Source of the DNA: an uncultured Acidobacteriota bacterium
GTDB taxonomy: Bacteria > Acidobacteriota > Thermoanaerobaculia > Multivoradales > SZUA-115
Length of the DNA: 64,000 nt
Direction: 5' to 3'
NCBI GenBank assembly: GCA_963805975.1
Contig: CAWDVR010000001.1
Coordinates: 544,001-608,000 of the forward strand
In this document: piece by piece, positions 60,577 to 64,000 of the stretch
Position numbering within the stretch: the first letter of the stretch is position 1
Layout of the letters: the number at the start of each line of letters is the position of its first letter
Notes under the pieces: model-generated
Seen by the model: only the letters and a program-made list of their open reading frames with translations
What the model was told of the DNA's origin: nothing
The model's database searches: none
Position numbers and translations under genes: made by a program

Positions 60577-62304
60577 ATCTCACACCCCATCGAAGGCAAC
60601 ACGCAGGGCCTCTCGGCCTCCGAGAGGCGCACCCTCGAGCGCACCTTCCGCCGCCGCGTCGACCCGCAGGAGGCGTTCTCGCCGGAGCTCGCCCGCCACT
60701 TGGCCGAGGTGTCGCGCCAGATCGGTCGCCAGGTGGGCGTGCTCCTCACCCGCGAGGGCGCCGTCCGCCACGTGGTGGTGGGCGACGCGCAGCGGCTGAT
60801 GCTGCCGGACATCGGCCGCCTGCGCGGCGGCGCCGGCCGCTTCCGCGGCCTGCGCCTGGTCCACACCCACTTGAAGGGCGAGCCCCTCACCCGCGACGAC
60901 CTGAACGACCTCGCGCTCCTGCGCCTCGACCTGGTGGCGATGATCGAGGCCCTGCCCTCGGGCCTGCCGGGGCGGGTCGAGGTGGCGCAGGTCAACCCGT
61001 CGGCCTTCGACGGCGCACAGGGCGCGCCGGAGGATGCGTTCCTCCGCGTCGCGGCGCCGGACCTGCACCGCCTCGACTTCGACTTCGAGGCCAGCATCCG
61101 GGCCCTGGAGGAAGAAACTGCGCGCCTGACCGGCGCCGCCGGCAAAGTGGGCGAGGAGCGGGCCCTGGTCGTCGGCCTCAACCCCGACGACGAGCACTAC
61201 GAAGAGACGCTGGAGCTGGTGCGCTCGGCAGGGGTGATCGTCGCCGGCACCTCGCGGCAGCGCCGCGGCCAGGTCCACCCCAAGACCGTGGTGGGGCAGG
61301 GCAAGCTCCAGGAGCTGGTGCTCGAGAGCATGCGGCGCGGCGCCACGGTGGCGATCTTCGACATCAACCTGAAGCCGGGCCAGGCGCGGGCCTTCGAGGA
61401 CGCCACGGGCCTCAAAGCCATCGACCGCACGCAGCTCATCCTGGACGTCTTCGCGCAGCGCGCCAAGAGCCGCGACGGCAAGCTCCAGGTCGAGCTCGCG
61501 CAGCTCCGCTACTCGCTGCCGCGGCTCACCGAGAAGGATGCCGGGCTGTCGCGGCTGACCGGCGGCATCGGCGGCCGCGGGCCGGGAGAGACGGTGATGG
61601 AGATCGGCCGCCGCCGCATCCGGGACCGCATCCGCGCCCTCGAGCAGGAGGTCGGCAATCTCTCGCAGCAGCGCGACCTGCGCCGCCAGCGGCGGCGGCG
61701 CGAAGGCGTGCCCGTGCTGTCGATCATCGGCTACACCAACGCCGGCAAGAGCACGCTCTTGAACGCCCTCACCAAGAGCGACGTCGAGACCGCGGACAAG
61801 CTGTTCATGACCCTCGACCCGACCAGCCGCCGGCTGCGCTTCCCGCGCGAGGGCGAGGTGGTGGTGACCGATACCGTGGGCTTCATCGCCGACCTGCCGG
61901 CCGACTTGGTGGCGGCCTTCCGCGCCACGCTCGAGGAGCTCAAGGACGCGGACCTGCTGCTGCACGTGGTGGACGTGGCCGACCCTCGCATGGAGGCGAA
62001 GATCGCCTCCGTGGACGGCCTCCTGGCCGAGCTGAAGGTGGAGGAGGTGCCCCGGCTGATGGTCTTCAACAAGGCCGATCTCCTGCCGCCGGGGGCGGGG
62101 GAGCAGATCGCCGGACGCCACGAGGGCGTGGCGGTCTCGGCCCGCCTGCGCCAGGGCCTGCCGGACCTCATCCACGCCGCGGAGGAGCGGCTGGGGAGGA
62201 GCCGGCCCCTGCTCGAGCCGCGCCCCGGCGAGCGGGAAGCGGCGCTCGCGGCTGCCGAGGCCACGGTGCCGGAAGACGATGTGGTCGCGGGCAAGGCAAT
62301 GTGA
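60577..62304 (+). CDS. hflX: Long-form GTPase HflX; start codon apparently non-canonical
   Basis: [44 protein letters not shown]. Confidence 0.92.
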   Translation: MSHPIEGNTQGLSASERRTLERTFRRRVDPQEAFSPELARHLAEVSRQIGRQVGVLLTREGAVRHVVVGDAQRLMLPDIGRLRGGAGRFRGLRLVHTHLKGEPLTRDDLNDLALLRLDLVAMIEALPSGLPGRVEVAQVNPSAFDGAQGAPEDAFLRVAAPDLHRLDFDFEASIRALEEETARLTGAAGKVGEERALVVGLNPDDEHYEETLELVRSAGVIVAGTSRQRRGQVHPKTVVGQGKLQELVLESMRRGATVAIFDINLKPGQARAFEDATGLKAIDRTQLILDVFAQRAKSRDGKLQVELAQLRYSLPRLTEKDAGLSRLTGGIGGRGPGETVMEIGRRRIRDRIRALEQEVGNLSQQRDLRRQRRRREGVPVLSIIGYTNAGKSTLLNALTKSDVETADKLFMTLDPTSRRLRFPREGEVVVTDTVGFIADLPADLVAAFRATLEELKDADLLLHVVDVADPRMEAKIASVDGLLAELKVEEVPRLMVFNKADLLPPGAGEQIAGRHEGVAVSARLRQGLPDLIHAAEERLGRSRPLLEPRPGEREAALAAAEATVPEDDVVAGKAM

Positions 62305-62388
62305 TACATTCAGTTAGACTTTTGCATCCAGTCGAACTTAGAGTTTCCGTAGCGCTTGCCCGAGGCCCAAGCTCCGCTCCCCGCCCCC

Positions 62389-62512
62389 TCCTCACTTTGT
62401 CCTGCCCAGTGCTCCGCCGGGGATCGTCACCACGCCTGCCTACCGCCGGTCCCGCGACCGGCGGCGACCAAGGATCGATCGCCCGCACCCAACCCGGGCA
62501 AAGTGAGGAACC
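62389..62512 (+). promoter_or_regulatory. Structured 5' leader that sequesters the RBS of the RRM gene
   Basis: TCCTCACTTTGTCC (62389-62402) pairs with GGGCAAAGTGAGGA (62496-62509); inner 9-bp hairpin at 62443-62464. Confidence 0.65.
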
Positions 62513-62782
62513 ATGGCCAAGAGAATCTACGTAGGGAACCTGCCTTTCTCCGCCAACGAAGATCAGCTCCGCGACCTCTTCAGCACCTATGGCGAGGTGG
62601 TCTCGGTGAGCCTGATCACCGACCGCCAGACCGGCCAGCCGCGCGGCTTCGGCTTTGTCGAGATGCACGACGAGGCGGTGGACAAGGCGGTGGCGGGGCT
62701 CGACCAGCAGCCCTTCGGTGGCCGCACCCTGCGCGTCAACGAGGCACGGCCGCGCGACGACCGTCCGCCGCGCCGCGGTTGA
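62513..62782 (+). CDS. Single-RRM RNA-binding protein
   Basis: RNP2 IYVGNL, RNP1 RGFGFVEM, LRVNEARP. Confidence 0.95.
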   Translation: MAKRIYVGNLPFSANEDQLRDLFSTYGEVVSVSLITDRQTGQPRGFGFVEMHDEAVDKAVAGLDQQPFGGRTLRVNEARPRDDRPPRRG

Positions 62783-62787
62783 CGGCA

Positions 62788-62809
62788 GGCGCCCGCGGAG
62801 GCGGGCGCC
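62788..62809 (+). terminator. Hairpin after the RRM gene
   Basis: GGCGCCCGC-GGAG-GCGGGCGCC; weak U tract. Confidence 0.4.
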
Positions 62810-62886
62810 CGGGTCTCCCGAAGCCGTGGTGTTAGCATCCCCGTTTTCCTCGGGGCGGCTTGAGCCTCGGCTGATGGAGGCTTGTG

Positions 62887-64000
62887 ATGAGCGACGGCGA
62901 ACGCTACGAACCGCAGGAGATCGAGCCCCGCTGGCAGGCGAAGTGGGCGGCGGACGGCCTCTACCGTTCCGACGTCGATCCCGCGCGGCCCAAGCACTAT
63001 GCCGTGACCATGCTGCCCTATCCCTCGGGCGATCTCCACATCGGTCACTGGTACTCCATTTCGCCGCCCGACGCGCGCGCCCGCTTCAAGCGCATGCAGG
63101 GTTTCAACGTGCTGTTCCCGATCGGCTTCGACGCCTTCGGGCTGCCGGCCGAGAACGCGGCGATCAAGCACAACATCCATCCCAAGCAGTGGACCTACGC
63201 CAACATCGAACGCATGCGCGGCCAGCTCCGGCTGATGGGCGCGATGTTCGACTGGCGGCGCGAGATGGTGTCCTGCGATCCCGAGTACTACCGCTGGACG
63301 CAGTGGTTCTTCCTCAAGCTCTTCGCGGGTGACCTCGCCTACCGGAAAGCGGCGGCGGTCGACTGGTGCCCCTCCTGCAACACCACCCTCGCCCGCGAGC
63401 AGGTGGTGGGGGACGACCGCCGTTGCGAGCGCTGCGACACGCCGGTCACCCGCCGCAACCTCGAGCAGTGGTTCTTCCGCACCACCCGCTACGCCGACGA
63501 GCTCCTGGACTACTCCGGGGTGCGCTGGCCGGAGCGCGTCAAGCTGCTCCAGCAGCGCTGGATCGGCCGCTCCGAGGGCGCCCAGGTCGCCTTCCGCGCC
63601 GAGACCGGGGACTCAATCGAGGTCTTCACCACCCGGCCGGACACGCTCTGGGGCGTGACCTTCCTGGTGCTGGCGCCGGAGCACCCGCTGGTCGCCAAGG
63701 TCACCGCCCCCGACCGCCAGGCCGAGGTGGAGGCCTACCTGGAACAGGCGCGGCGGCAGAGCGACGTACAGCGCGAGGCCGCCGACCGCGAGAAGACCGG
63801 GGTGGCCACCGGCGGCTTCGCCGTCAACCCGGTGAACGGCGAGCGGGTGCCGATCTGGATCGCGGACTACGTGCTGCCGACCTACGGCTCGGGCGCCATC
63901 ATGGCGGTGCCGGCCCACGACCAGCGCGACTTCGAGTTCGCGCGCCGCTTCGCTCTGCCCATCCGGCCGGTGATCGTGCCGGAGGGGGAGGACGCTCCCG
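62887..64000 (+). CDS. leuS: Leucyl-tRNA synthetase, 5' part (runs off the window)
   Basis: Read directly from the sequence, absent from the ORF track: [68 protein letters not shown]. Confidence 0.95.
   Translation, partial: MSDGERYEPQEIEPRWQAKWAADGLYRSDVDPARPKHYAVTMLPYPSGDLHIGHWYSISPPDARARFKRMQGFNVLFPIGFDAFGLPAENAAIKHNIHPKQWTYANIERMRGQLRLMGAMFDWRREMVSCDPEYYRWTQWFFLKLFAGDLAYRKAAAVDWCPSCNTTLAREQVVGDDRRCERCDTPVTRRNLEQWFFRTTRYADELLDYSGVRWPERVKLLQQRWIGRSEGAQVAFRAETGDSIEVFTTRPDTLWGVTFLVLAPEHPLVAKVTAPDRQAEVEAYLEQARRQSDVQREAADREKTGVATGGFAVNPVNGERVPIWIADYVLPTYGSGAIMAVPAHDQRDFEFARRFALPIRPVIVPEGEDAP

Noticed and set aside
62783-62886. T-box leader for leuS
   Set aside because: Region too short and no T-box consensus.

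Overview
A very GC-rich bacterial chromosomal segment with about 55 genes. Gene content (Ser/Thr kinase-ECF pair, CRTAC1/TPR/TMTC-like genes, IPTL-CTERM and PVELQSF-tailed secreted proteins, long-form HflX) suggests Acidobacteriota, possibly Thermoanaerobaculia; this is inference only. From left to right: the tail of a multicopper-oxidase/beta-propeller/2xSCO/cytochrome c cluster, interrupted by an ECF sigma plus kinase pair; imuA-imuB without dnaE2, under a promoter carrying 11-bp-phased direct repeats; lhgO, pepF and an orphan MbtH; a C25 (gingipain/PorU-like) peptidase flanked by two small FN3-like proteins and GT-C glycosyltransferases; a general-stress island (ku, ligD, SDR, FAD-Rieske, yciF, Q/G-rich protein); a TMTC/TPR/CRTAC1 envelope block around a P-domain protein; a Mo-oxidoreductase, amidohydrolase and CtaA; brx and pruA; a DesKR-like ABC cassette; hflX, an RRM protein and the start of leuS. 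The best candidate for a new system is a split FN3 module: a secreted protein ends in PVELQSFTIE, normally the first strand of a WxTASE domain, while two stand-alone WxTASE domains that lack that strand flank a C25 peptidase. This suggests a strand-complementation protein sorting and anchoring system. Four +1 frameshifts look like assembly errors. Several REP-like families are present. No rRNA, tRNA, CRISPR array or transposase was seen. All family calls come from motif recognition by eye; no searches were run.
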